Source: Leptolyngbyaceae cyanobacterium (GTDB lineage Bacteria > Cyanobacteriota > Cyanobacteriia > Phormidesmidales > Phormidesmidaceae). From it: DNA of 24,000 nt. This document shows positions 10,131 through 17,778 of the stretch, piece after piece (position 1 is the stretch's first letter; every line of letters starts with the position of its first letter). Location: the NCBI GenBank assembly GCA_050043365.1, contig JBHJIP010000110.1, forward strand, positions 10,012-34,011. The letters are read 5' to 3'. The position numbers were made by a program, and so were the translations under genes. The notes beneath the pieces were generated by a model. It was not told where the DNA came from, did no database searches, and saw only the letters and a program-made list of their open reading frames with translations.

Positions 10131-10664
10131 CTAAGCCACGGAATCGCTTTCGCCGGGGCCATCGTTCATGAAATAGGGCGCGCCGGGTAGCGCCAACACC
10201 TGAATGATTTGGTCAAAATAGGGGATGATCGCCTCGGCATCAGCCGCTTCGAGCTGGGTGATCGCCTCCGCTTTCAGGCAGCGCATGTACTGCAAGATGT
10301 TGGTCAGGGGAATGCCAATGTTGGTGTACAGCTCTTTCATGCCCACAAGGCCAATTTCTCGGAGGGGGCGATCGTCGCCCGCCAGCAGGCAGTAGCTAAT
10401 CAAGCGCACGAACCACCCCATATCCCGCTTAGCCGCTGCGGTCTTACGACGATTACCGCTATTGCTCGGGGTGCGAGGGCAAATTCGCCAAAACTGGCGG
10501 GTGCCTTGCTCCACGATGGTTTCGGCTTTCTGCTCTAAGGTTTGAGCCAATCGCACGCGATCGGTGCCCGTTTTGCAGAACGTGCGAATCATCCGCAGCT
10601 CTCCGGGGGTGGGGTAGCGCTGCTCTTCATCGGCGTTGAGAATCACCTGTTTCACAATGCTCAT
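10131..10664 (-). CDS. Allophycocyanin alpha-type (ApcD family) FaRLiP paralog lacking the chromophore Cys
   Basis: MSIVKQVILNADEEQRYPTPGELRMIRTFCKTGTDRVRLAQTLEQKAETIVEQG..., with AAAKRDMGWFVRLISYCLLAGD where related proteins have xxxCxRDxGWxxRLIxY. Confidence 0.88.
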   Translation of the reverse strand: MSIVKQVILNADEEQRYPTPGELRMIRTFCKTGTDRVRLAQTLEQKAETIVEQGTRQFWRICPRTPSNSGNRRKTAAAKRDMGWFVRLISYCLLAGDDRPLREIGLVGMKELYTNIGIPLTNILQYMRCLKAEAITQLEAADAEAIIPYFDQIIQVLALPGAPYFMNDGPGESDSVA

Positions 10665-10939
10665 GATTTTCCAGTTTCAGATAGGGAGTTGGCTGCAACG
10701 GAGTAAACGCGGAGCCCGCCAAACCAGCCGATATGAAGGCGGTAGTCCAAGAGGTTGCGGCTGCGGCACCAGAGCGACAGCTGAGTTTGCGGGGCTTCGA
10801 CGTCCGGCTCAATGACGGACACAGGCGGGGCAGCATGGGAATGAATATGCATGGTTTTCACCAGAGAGAGGAAAAAGTTGACGGGGAGTGCGGCAGAATC
10901 AGCCGCCTCAACCTTGGAATGTCAGCACCCAACGATGGG

Positions 10940-13348
10940 TTAAGAGGGCGTGCTGACTTCTGTTGGCGTCGTGACTGCTGGTGTTACCGCTGCGGCCTCG
11001 CCATTATTGACACTGGGCGGCGGGTCTGGGGCAGCGACGGCAGGCGGGGGCTCTTGAACGGCCACAGTGCTGGTCGCGGCTGGCTCAGTGCTGGCTGCAG
11101 CTGGCTCAGTGCTGGCTGCAGCTGGTTCAGTGCTGGCTGCGGCTGGCTCAGTGCTGAGATTGCGGCCATTATGGTTACTGGCGGCGTGAGCCTGGGCGAT
11201 CGCTTGTTTGGCGTAGGTTTGCAGCCATTCCCCCGCGATCGCGGGCGCTTCCCTCGGTTTGAACCAGCCACCGGGGCCTTGGGGCGATCTCTGGGCGTAG
11301 CCCTGGGGCGTCAGGTAGCGCTCATAGGGGACCCCCATGTCGCCAAAGGCGTCGCGGTATTCGGCACTGTCGATCAACGCATCGACCAAGGCATAAAAGC
11401 CTTGGCGAGCGCAGAGGTCGTAGTACCGGGCCATTTCCCGGCGATCGCGGGTTGGGCGACCCAGCAAGCGCCGGTGAATGTATTCGATCGCTTTGGTGAC
11501 ATACAGCGTTTCCCAAGCGAGCTGGCGGAACGGGCGCGATTTGGCCAACTGCCGCACAAATTCCCGCAGCGTGATATTGCCTGCCTTCAGTTGGGTCTCG
11601 ATCGTCCGCTGCCGCTGACCATCCCACACCGCTCGACCAAAGACCTGGCGATAGGTCGCCTCAATCACTGCTTCGCGGGAGTGGCGGGTCAGACTAAAGC
11701 TGGTCTGGTGGCGATCGTCCCCAGCGCTGCCGTTCAATCCGTTCGGGGAGACAACCGCTTCCCACCGCAGCCGATGATGAGCCATGGAGCCGGGGGCGCG
11801 GCCGAGGTGGGCGGCAGGGCGATCAGCCGGGCCGTTGGTCGCACCGTTGCTGATCAGAATCCGGCGGCTGTCTTCGCTAAAGTGAGCGGGCTGCGCTTGC
11901 GGGTCGCGCGTCTCCTGCGGAAAGATCGCCCCAAACTGAATTTCTAACGGATCATTGCCCGCCCCGTAGGGATGCTGATTGGGCAGCGGTTGCTGATAGC
12001 CACTAAAGGTGGTGACGAACTGCGGCACTTTGCGCACCGGGGCACTGTATTTGAACAGCTCCAACTGGGGACCCCAGTTACGGCATTCCTGCGCTTCTAG
12101 CCCTAAACCCCGGAGGTAGGGTACTGTCTCTTCGCCAAAGTAGTCGGCATATTCTGGCGAGTCGATAAAGTCATCCACCAAGGCGGGAAATCCGTGGTCA
12201 GAGATGACGTCAAAGTACTTTTGAAACTCTTCTAGGCAGCTCAACCCGCGCCCCAAGAAGTGACGGCAGGCCAGTTCAATACTGCGGCTGATGCTGTAGG
12301 GCTCATAGTAAAGTTGCCGATACAGCCGGGATTTGCCCAACTGCCGGATAAACTCTTTCATCGTCCCCAGACCGCCTTTGACCTGGGAGACCGACGCGGT
12401 TAATTGAGGACCGTAAAGATCGGTGACATCCCGCTCAAACACTTGCCGATAGGCGGCGCGCACGACATCATCCTTTTCGATATCGGGCAAATCTGCTTTC
12501 ATCACCCAGCGAGGCCGGGGGCTGGCACTATCGCGATAGCTTTGGGGTAAGGGCAAACCAGCATGGTGTTGGGACACCCCTAACCGCAGTTGCGGGTCGG
12601 GCTTTTCGACCCCATAGTCTTCAATCAACACGTCGAAGTAGCGTCCCACGAGCGCCGCTGCTGCCCCGCCTTTCGGAAAGTAGGTCTGGGCTTTCCACTG
12701 CATTTCTCGCAGCGCGACGAGGGTCGCCACGGTGACATCTTCGGGAATGACCCCCCGTAGCCCCCGCGTATTGACGCTAATAATGCTGGTATCGCCCGCC
12801 ACGATCGCATAGGTGACATAACGTAAAAACCAGCTCAGGTCCCGCAGCGATCGCTTCATGCGCACCGGGCCGTAGCGGGCAATGTCGATTGTTCGAAATC
12901 GACTGGGTACCGAGGGTTTGCCCCCCGAAAATGTCCCTTTAAGCCAATCCACCAGCGGGTTCGAAGCTTCGACAAAGCGCGGGCGATCGCGATTGCTGGC
13001 CTGCTCTTTTTTCTGCCGGGTCACCGCCGAGAGGTAGTCTTCGGCAATGAAGTAATCAGAGCCCGGTAAGCCCAACGGCTCCTCGGGTTTCTCTAGGTAG
13101 GCCATTGGGTTACCGCCCACAAAGATGCGGTTAGCCCCTGCCGCCACAATGCGATCGGCATATTGAGTCAGGGTTTGAGCAATGGCCAGTCGCTGTAGCC
13201 CAGTGCCAAAAAAACCTAACAGTTCTTGGCCTTCACCCCGGCTTAGATAGCGATCGCGCTGCATCGCTTCCGTAATGACGGCGGTCGGCACCGTGTGATA
13301 CTGCTGCGGCTGGACAACTGGACTGCCTCCGTTCATCCGATCAGTCAT
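10940..13348 (-). CDS. apcE2: Phycobilisome core-membrane linker ApcE2 (far-red type)
   Basis: 802 aa; phycobilin domain with GLRGVIPEDVTVATLVALREM (VIPEDVT replaces the Cys-containing motif), then two linker REP domains (DDVVRAAYRQVFERDVT...; EAVIEATYRQVFGRAVWDG...). Confidence 0.95.
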   Translation of the reverse strand: MTDRMNGGSPVVQPQQYHTVPTAVITEAMQRDRYLSRGEGQELLGFFGTGLQRLAIAQTLTQYADRIVAAGANRIFVGGNPMAYLEKPEEPLGLPGSDYFIAEDYLSAVTRQKKEQASNRDRPRFVEASNPLVDWLKGTFSGGKPSVPSRFRTIDIARYGPVRMKRSLRDLSWFLRYVTYAIVAGDTSIISVNTRGLRGVIPEDVTVATLVALREMQWKAQTYFPKGGAAAALVGRYFDVLIEDYGVEKPDPQLRLGVSQHHAGLPLPQSYRDSASPRPRWVMKADLPDIEKDDVVRAAYRQVFERDVTDLYGPQLTASVSQVKGGLGTMKEFIRQLGKSRLYRQLYYEPYSISRSIELACRHFLGRGLSCLEEFQKYFDVISDHGFPALVDDFIDSPEYADYFGEETVPYLRGLGLEAQECRNWGPQLELFKYSAPVRKVPQFVTTFSGYQQPLPNQHPYGAGNDPLEIQFGAIFPQETRDPQAQPAHFSEDSRRILISNGATNGPADRPAAHLGRAPGSMAHHRLRWEAVVSPNGLNGSAGDDRHQTSFSLTRHSREAVIEATYRQVFGRAVWDGQRQRTIETQLKAGNITLREFVRQLAKSRPFRQLAWETLYVTKAIEYIHRRLLGRPTRDRREMARYYDLCARQGFYALVDALIDSAEYRDAFGDMGVPYERYLTPQGYAQRSPQGPGGWFKPREAPAIAGEWLQTYAKQAIAQAHAASNHNGRNLSTEPAAASTEPAAASTEPAAASTEPAATSTVAVQEPPPAVAAPDPPPSVNNGEAAAVTPAVTTPTEVSTPS
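11066..11158 (-). repeat. 21-bp tandem repeat (4+ units) encoding (STEPAAA)n in the ApcE2 C-terminal tail
   Basis: AGTGCTGGCTGCAGCTGGCTC-type units repeated at exactly 21-bp spacing; encodes STEPAAASTEPAAASTEPAAASTEPAATS. Confidence 0.92.
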
Positions 13349-13505
13349 GGCGGTTGATTAGCTCCAAATCAAAAAAAGTTACTAAAAAAGAAGGAGGGAA
13401 GGGGGGATGGGGAGTAAGGAAACCCAGAATTTAGTACTACCGACAAACGACAAACCTGTTCTCCCACCCTCACACTCATCCACCCATCCACTCCCTCACC
13501 GCCCC

Positions 13506-13985
13506 TCAGGGCCGCAAGCCTTCAATCAAGTAGTCAAAATAAGGCGCGACTTCTGCCGCATCCTCAACGTTCAAAAGACTCAGGGCCACTTCCTTTAGGC
13601 AGGTCATACATTCCGCCACATTGCTGAGGGGAATTTCGAGGGAGGTGTACATTGCCTTGACCCCGCGCACCCCACTGGCCTGGAGCGGATCAATGTCGCC
13701 GACCACCACGGCATAGGAAATCAGGCGTAAAAACCAGCCCTGATCCCGCAGACATGAAGCCTGGAAGGTCGAGTTATCGCTGTTGCTCGGAGTGATCGGG
13801 CAGCGTTGCCAAAATCGCTGACTTCCTTGTTCCACAATGAGTTGAACATTGCTGGTCAAAATGGAGGCAATGCGGAGACGTTGTTGTCCTGCATCAAAAA
13901 AGTGGCTGATCGCCTCTAACTCGCCTCGACTGAGATATCGCGCTTCGCGATCGGCATTGGCGATCGCTTGGGTGATGATGCTCAT
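13506..13985 (-). CDS. Allophycocyanin alpha-type (ApcD family) FaRLiP paralog with CLRD chromophore motif
   Basis: MSIITQAIANADREARYLSRGELEAISHFFDAGQQRLRIA...QASCLRDQGWFLRLISYAVVVGD...; Cys retained. Confidence 0.9.
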   Translation of the reverse strand: MSIITQAIANADREARYLSRGELEAISHFFDAGQQRLRIASILTSNVQLIVEQGSQRFWQRCPITPSNSDNSTFQASCLRDQGWFLRLISYAVVVGDIDPLQASGVRGVKAMYTSLEIPLSNVAECMTCLKEVALSLLNVEDAAEVAPYFDYLIEGLRP

Positions 13986-14044
13986 AGCAAATCCTGTGAT
14001 TTTTAAAGCTTTATGATGGTTTAGGCCTTTGATAAGAAGTGACT

Positions 14045-14171
14045 AGAGCGTGTGGACAATGAACGGTGAAATCCTTGTGGGATAAGCATGGTCACGCCCG
14101 CCCCACTGAATCAAGCTAGGGCTGTAACCACCTTTTGGTGAGGTGTCTGACTGTGATTGCACAGCCCCTAG
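14045..14171 (+). repeat. MITE-like element, full-length copy (127 bp)
   Basis: CTAGAGCGTGTGGACAAT ... GAATCAAGCTAGGGCTGTAACC ... ATTGCACAGCCCCTAG; termini are imperfect inverted repeats (3-nt deletion in right end). Confidence 0.8.
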
Positions 14172-14410
14172 CGTCCACAAGAGCAAGCTAATACCGGCAA
14201 GTGAGGGAGAGCTCTCAAGCCGGCATCAGCTATCCAAGTCAGGTGGGTAAGGCACATCGCGCTTAGAGGGAGAGCTCTTAAACCGACATAACCTTTTGAG
14301 GCAACCGCAATACCGCCTTGACAGTTGATTAACTGACTCACCGGCATCACGGCTCTAATCGCCCCCCACCAGACTGGTTGCCAAGCTGACTGACCCCGCG
14401 CAGTCAGTCT

Positions 14411-14896
14411 CTAGCTCAACCCTGAACAGATGTGGTCAAAATAAACGCCCATTTCTCGACCGGCCTCAGCGCCTAGCATCTCGGTCGCTACTTCTTTCAT
14501 GGACTGCACCGCTCGCACCGTGGCACCCACCGGCACACCCAAAGAGTTGTAGGTTTCTTTCAGGCCATTGAGCACCCGCTCATCCAAAATGGATGGATCA
14601 CCCGCCAGCATGGCGTAGGTGGCGTAGCGCAAGAAATATTCCATATCGCGAATGCAGGCCGCATAGCGACGGCAGGTATACATGTTGCCGCCGGGAGCCG
14701 TGATATCGGTATAAAGCAGGGCTTTGGCGACCGTTTTAGTGACGATTTTGGAGGCATTAGCGCTGACTGACATGGCTGCCCGCGCCCGCAGATCACCACT
14801 GCGAAAATAGTTTTGCAGGTTATCTAACGAGCTATCGTCTAAATATTTGCCCTGCATGTCAGAAGTATTGATCAGGGTGGTAATAGCGTCTTGCAT
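14411..14896 (-). CDS. apcB: Allophycocyanin beta subunit, FaRLiP paralog
   Basis: [52 protein letters not shown]...[55 protein letters not shown]. Confidence 0.95.
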   Translation of the reverse strand: MQDAITTLINTSDMQGKYLDDSSLDNLQNYFRSGDLRARAAMSVSANASKIVTKTVAKALLYTDITAPGGNMYTCRRYAACIRDMEYFLRYATYAMLAGDPSILDERVLNGLKETYNSLGVPVGATVRAVQSMKEVATEMLGAEAGREMGVYFDHICSGLS

Positions 14897-15118
14897 TAAG
14901 GATCTCCTTGGGATTCAGAAAAAGGTTTTAAGAGAAAAGCAACAGCCAAAAGGGACAAGGCAGACAGTCAGAGACAAAAGGTGCGGAGTAAACGGCAAAA
15001 AGCCATCTTTATAGATCCGCAAACCCGAAACCTTGCACTCGAAATCTCAGTCCCCACCACAACAGCAGGCGTGAGTTCTCGATGGCAGGGTTGAAATTCA
15101 ACGCCAACCGAGGCCCAT

Positions 15119-15595
15119 CTACGACAAAGAGTTGATAATCAAATCGAAATAAGGAGCAACCTCTTGAGCATCTTCATCACTCATGAGGGTCATCGCTTCC
15201 TGTTTTAGACAACGCATACATTCGGCAATGTTGCGAATGGGAATTTCTAAGTTGTTGTACATTTCCTTAATGCCAACGGTGCCGATTTCTTCTAGGGGGC
15301 GCTCACTGCCCGCCAGAATGGAGTAAGCAATCAGGCGCACATACCAGCCTTGATCCCGCTGACAAGAATTGGTCTTGCGATCTACACCACTATTACTGGG
15401 CGTATTGGGACAACGCTCCCAAAATTTTTGACTTCCGTTTTGGACGATACGCTGTTCATTCTCGGCTAAAGTTTTAGCAATTCGAATTCGCTGTTCTCCA
15501 GTTTTGACAAAATCCTGAAAAATTCTCAGTTCCTTAGGTGCAGGATAACGGGCCTCACTATCAGCACTGAGGATCAATTCCGTAACTAAACTCAT
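15119..15595 (-). CDS. Allophycocyanin alpha-type (ApcD family) FaRLiP paralog; first gene of the - strand gene run
   Basis: MSLVTELILSADSEARYPAPKELRIFQDFVKTGEQRIRIAKTLAEN...TNSCQRDQGWYVRLIAYSILAGSERPLEEIGTVGIKEMY; Cys retained. Confidence 0.9.
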   Translation of the reverse strand: MSLVTELILSADSEARYPAPKELRIFQDFVKTGEQRIRIAKTLAENEQRIVQNGSQKFWERCPNTPSNSGVDRKTNSCQRDQGWYVRLIAYSILAGSERPLEEIGTVGIKEMYNNLEIPIRNIAECMRCLKQEAMTLMSDEDAQEVAPYFDLIINSLS

Positions 15596-15670
15596 GACTC
15601 AATGATCTCCGAATTAATGCAAATCACAGAAGAGATTTTGTTTTCTGGATTCAATTAGGAGAGTAGGTAA

Positions 15671-15757
15671 AAAAAATGAAGAACTTATGAAAGGCCAAAA
15701 ACCGCTTAAAGAAACTTTGTAACGCACTTTAACAAAGATAGCCTTCATCAGTTCTTT
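15671..15757 (-). promoter_or_regulatory. Candidate far-red regulatory region: two inverted copies of a GGCCTTCATNAGTTCTTC box
   Basis: Minus-strand TGGCCTTTCATAAGTTCTTCATTTTTT (15671-15697) and plus-strand GCCTTCATCAGTTCTTT (15741-15757); near-identical box at 18893-18918 upstream of chlF. Confidence 0.55.
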
Positions 15758-16217
15758 AGATTTAGCTGCTTTAATGCGATTTGCATGCTGGCCTAGGCTG
15801 GCGAGATTTAAGGCTTCTCCTAAAGATGTGCCGCAAGGCCAATGAGTAGACAATTTACTCAAGCCGGAGATGTATTTGCTGGTTTATTTGCATGCCGCAA
15901 GATAATGGTGTGTTCAACTTATTTCATGATTTAAGTGCAGGCATTTCTGCCAGTTATCTAGATATAAATCATCAGTAGTTAAGCACCAATAACGGTAAGT
16001 GCGGAATGTTTTAGAGGCGTTGGTTCAGCCTGTCTTTAAAGTCATTATCTTGCATTGATATGGACTGTACTAGGCTGCTCTATTCGACTCAAATTACCCA
16101 TGGTTAAGATGATTTACTTGGCCGCTCTTCGATGCTAAATCAGTAGTAATCATGTAGAAAAACCCAGGAAGCCTTATATAAGGATGCCCTTTCTTTCAGT
16201 TTTCAGAGTGCAAAAAA

Positions 16218-16370
16218 ATGAAGGGACAGAAGAATAAACTGAGTTTGATCCTCGTCTTCATGATCATCTTTGTCAGCCTGTGGACATTTTTGATCAACGA
16301 TTCACAGACAAAGAATGCAATACTAAAGTATCAGGAGCTAAAAGAGCAGAGCAGCTTTGTTCAGATCTGA
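16218..16370 (+). CDS. Possible 50-aa single-TM peptide
   Basis: Hand translation MKGQKNKLSLILVFMIIFVSLWTFLINDSQTKNAILKYQELKEQSSFVQI*; upstream of psbO; no clear RBS and no recognised family. Confidence 0.3.
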   Translation: MKGQKNKLSLILVFMIIFVSLWTFLINDSQTKNAILKYQELKEQSSFVQI

Positions 16371-16490
16371 TAATCGATCTGAACCCAAGCCCAGTCTTCT
16401 GGAAGTCAGATTATTCCAAAATTCAAGAAAGATTAATTTCCCTCTGTTTTGGAGTAGAGAGTCGTTTGGAAAGTGAGTTCATAAAAAGCT

Positions 16491-17321
16491 ATGAAATACC
16501 GTTCTCTAATAGCCTTCTTTTTAGCAATTTTTTTGGGTTTCCTGACAGCTTGTAGCAGCAGTCCCACCGCAGGAAATGACGCTTTGAGTTATGACGACAT
16601 TCGAGGTAGTGGGCTAGCCAACAATTGCCCGGAAATATCGGAATCGAGTCTCGATTCGATCAAGATAGCTACTGGCCAGTCTTATCAACTCAAAGAACTG
16701 TGTTTAGAACCCAAAACCTTTTTGGTGAAGCGATCTCCCCGCATCAAACGACAGAATAGTCAGTTTGAACTCACCAAACCCTTAACTCGAGAAAGTTTCA
16801 CCCTTGATCAGGTGAGTGGTTCGCTCAAGGCTGACTCTAACGGCATGCTGACCTTTAGCGAGCAGGGGGGCTTTGATTTTCAGCCGGTGACGGTACAGCT
16901 CCCCGATGGTGAACGGGTGCCACTGTTATTCACCATCAAGGGATTAGTGGCTCAAAATCAAGATTCCTCCGGTCGTCTCAGCACCTCTAGTCGTTTGGTC
17001 GGTACGTTTGATGTGCCGCCTTATCGCACCTCAAGTTTTATTGATCCTAAAGGGCGTGGTCTGTCGATGGGCTACGATGCGGCCGTCGGGCTACCCGTCA
17101 ATGCTGACAGTGAAGAATATGCTCGCCCGAACACAAAGGTATTTGATATTGACCAAGGGACCATTTCCTTGCAGATTAACCGGGTCAACCAAGCAACGGG
17201 CGAAGTTGCCGGTTTGTTTGAGAGCGCACAACCTTCGGATACTGACTTTGGTTCCAAAGAAGTTATGGACGTCAAAATTCAAGGCCACTTTTATGGTCGC
17301 ATTGAACCGGAAACCATCTAG
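16491..17321 (+). CDS. psbO: Photosystem II manganese-stabilising protein PsbO
   Basis: Lipobox LTAC; LSYDDIRGSGLANNCPE... LCLEPKTFLVK...; FTIKGLVAQ; GLSMGYDAAVGLPVN; ISLQINRVNQATGEVAGLFESAQPSDTDFGSKEVMDVKIQGHFYGRIE. Confidence 0.95.
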   Translation: MKYRSLIAFFLAIFLGFLTACSSSPTAGNDALSYDDIRGSGLANNCPEISESSLDSIKIATGQSYQLKELCLEPKTFLVKRSPRIKRQNSQFELTKPLTRESFTLDQVSGSLKADSNGMLTFSEQGGFDFQPVTVQLPDGERVPLLFTIKGLVAQNQDSSGRLSTSSRLVGTFDVPPYRTSSFIDPKGRGLSMGYDAAVGLPVNADSEEYARPNTKVFDIDQGTISLQINRVNQATGEVAGLFESAQPSDTDFGSKEVMDVKIQGHFYGRIEPETI

Positions 17322-17445
17322 GGCGTGTGGACAATCAACGGCAAAACCCTGACTGGGTAGGCATGAGCCCGTTCTAATGAATCAAGCTAGGGGCTGTAAC
17401 CGCCTTGCGGCAAGGAACCTAGCTTTAATTGTCCACAGCCCCTAG
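17318..17445 (+). repeat. MITE-like element, full-length copy (128 bp) with terminal inverted repeats
   Basis: CTAGGGCGTGTGGACAAT at left, ATTGTCCACAGCCCCTAG at right (16/18 inverted match); internal sequence matches copies at 14045 and 4557. Confidence 0.85.
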
Positions 17446-17586
17446 TTGAGTTTGGCGGGAATAGACCAACTATGGACAGCCCACTCCCCTTACATTCACC
17501 GGCGCTGTTGTTTCTGACAGCGCCCCCAGATAAGCCAACTGCTGTCGCAGTCCATTAGACATTCATTCAACAATAAGACTACAACC

Positions 17587-17721
17587 ATGACGAATGTAAA
17601 TCGTTCATCTGAGATTAACTATCCGATTTTCACTGTTAGGTGGCTAGCGGTACATACCCTAGCGATTCCTACCGTGTTCTTTCTTGGTGCGATCGCGGCG
17701 ATGCAGTTTATTCAGCGCTAA
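17587..17721 (+). CDS. psbF: Cytochrome b559 beta subunit PsbF (solitary, no psbE/L/J in window)
   Basis: Hand translation [44 protein letters not shown]; matches PsbF signature [31 protein letters not shown]. Not in supplied ORF track. Confidence 0.97.
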   Translation: MTNVNRSSEINYPIFTVRWLAVHTLAIPTVFFLGAIAAMQFIQR

Positions 17722-17733
17722 TGCGGTAAACAC

Positions 17734-17771
17734 AATCAGCCCCCAGAATTTGTAAATCCTGGGGGCTGATT
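17734..17771. terminator. Bidirectional terminator hairpin between convergent psbF and psbV
   Basis: Perfect 13-bp stem AATCAGCCCCCAG-(12 nt)-CTGGGGGCTGATT centred between the two stop codons. Confidence 0.8.
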
Positions 17772-17778
17772 ATAGAAA

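Noticed and set aside
10733-11947. 404-aa plus-strand ORF antisense to apcE2
   Set aside because: Long open frame produced by GC-rich repeat and codon bias opposite a clear apcE2; residues (SAGCSWLSAGCSW...) mirror the 21-bp repeat.
15614-15862. 82-aa minus-strand ORF upstream of the first ApcD-like gene
   Set aside because: Lies over the promoter region; no recognised protein features; part of its sequence is the shared regulatory box.
16280-16555. 91-aa plus-strand ORF overlapping the psbO start
   Set aside because: Frame runs into psbO's signal peptide; no family features.
4330-17720. Frequent GCGATCGC octamers
   Set aside because: HIP1 palindromes are widespread in cyanobacterial genomes and not specific to this cluster.
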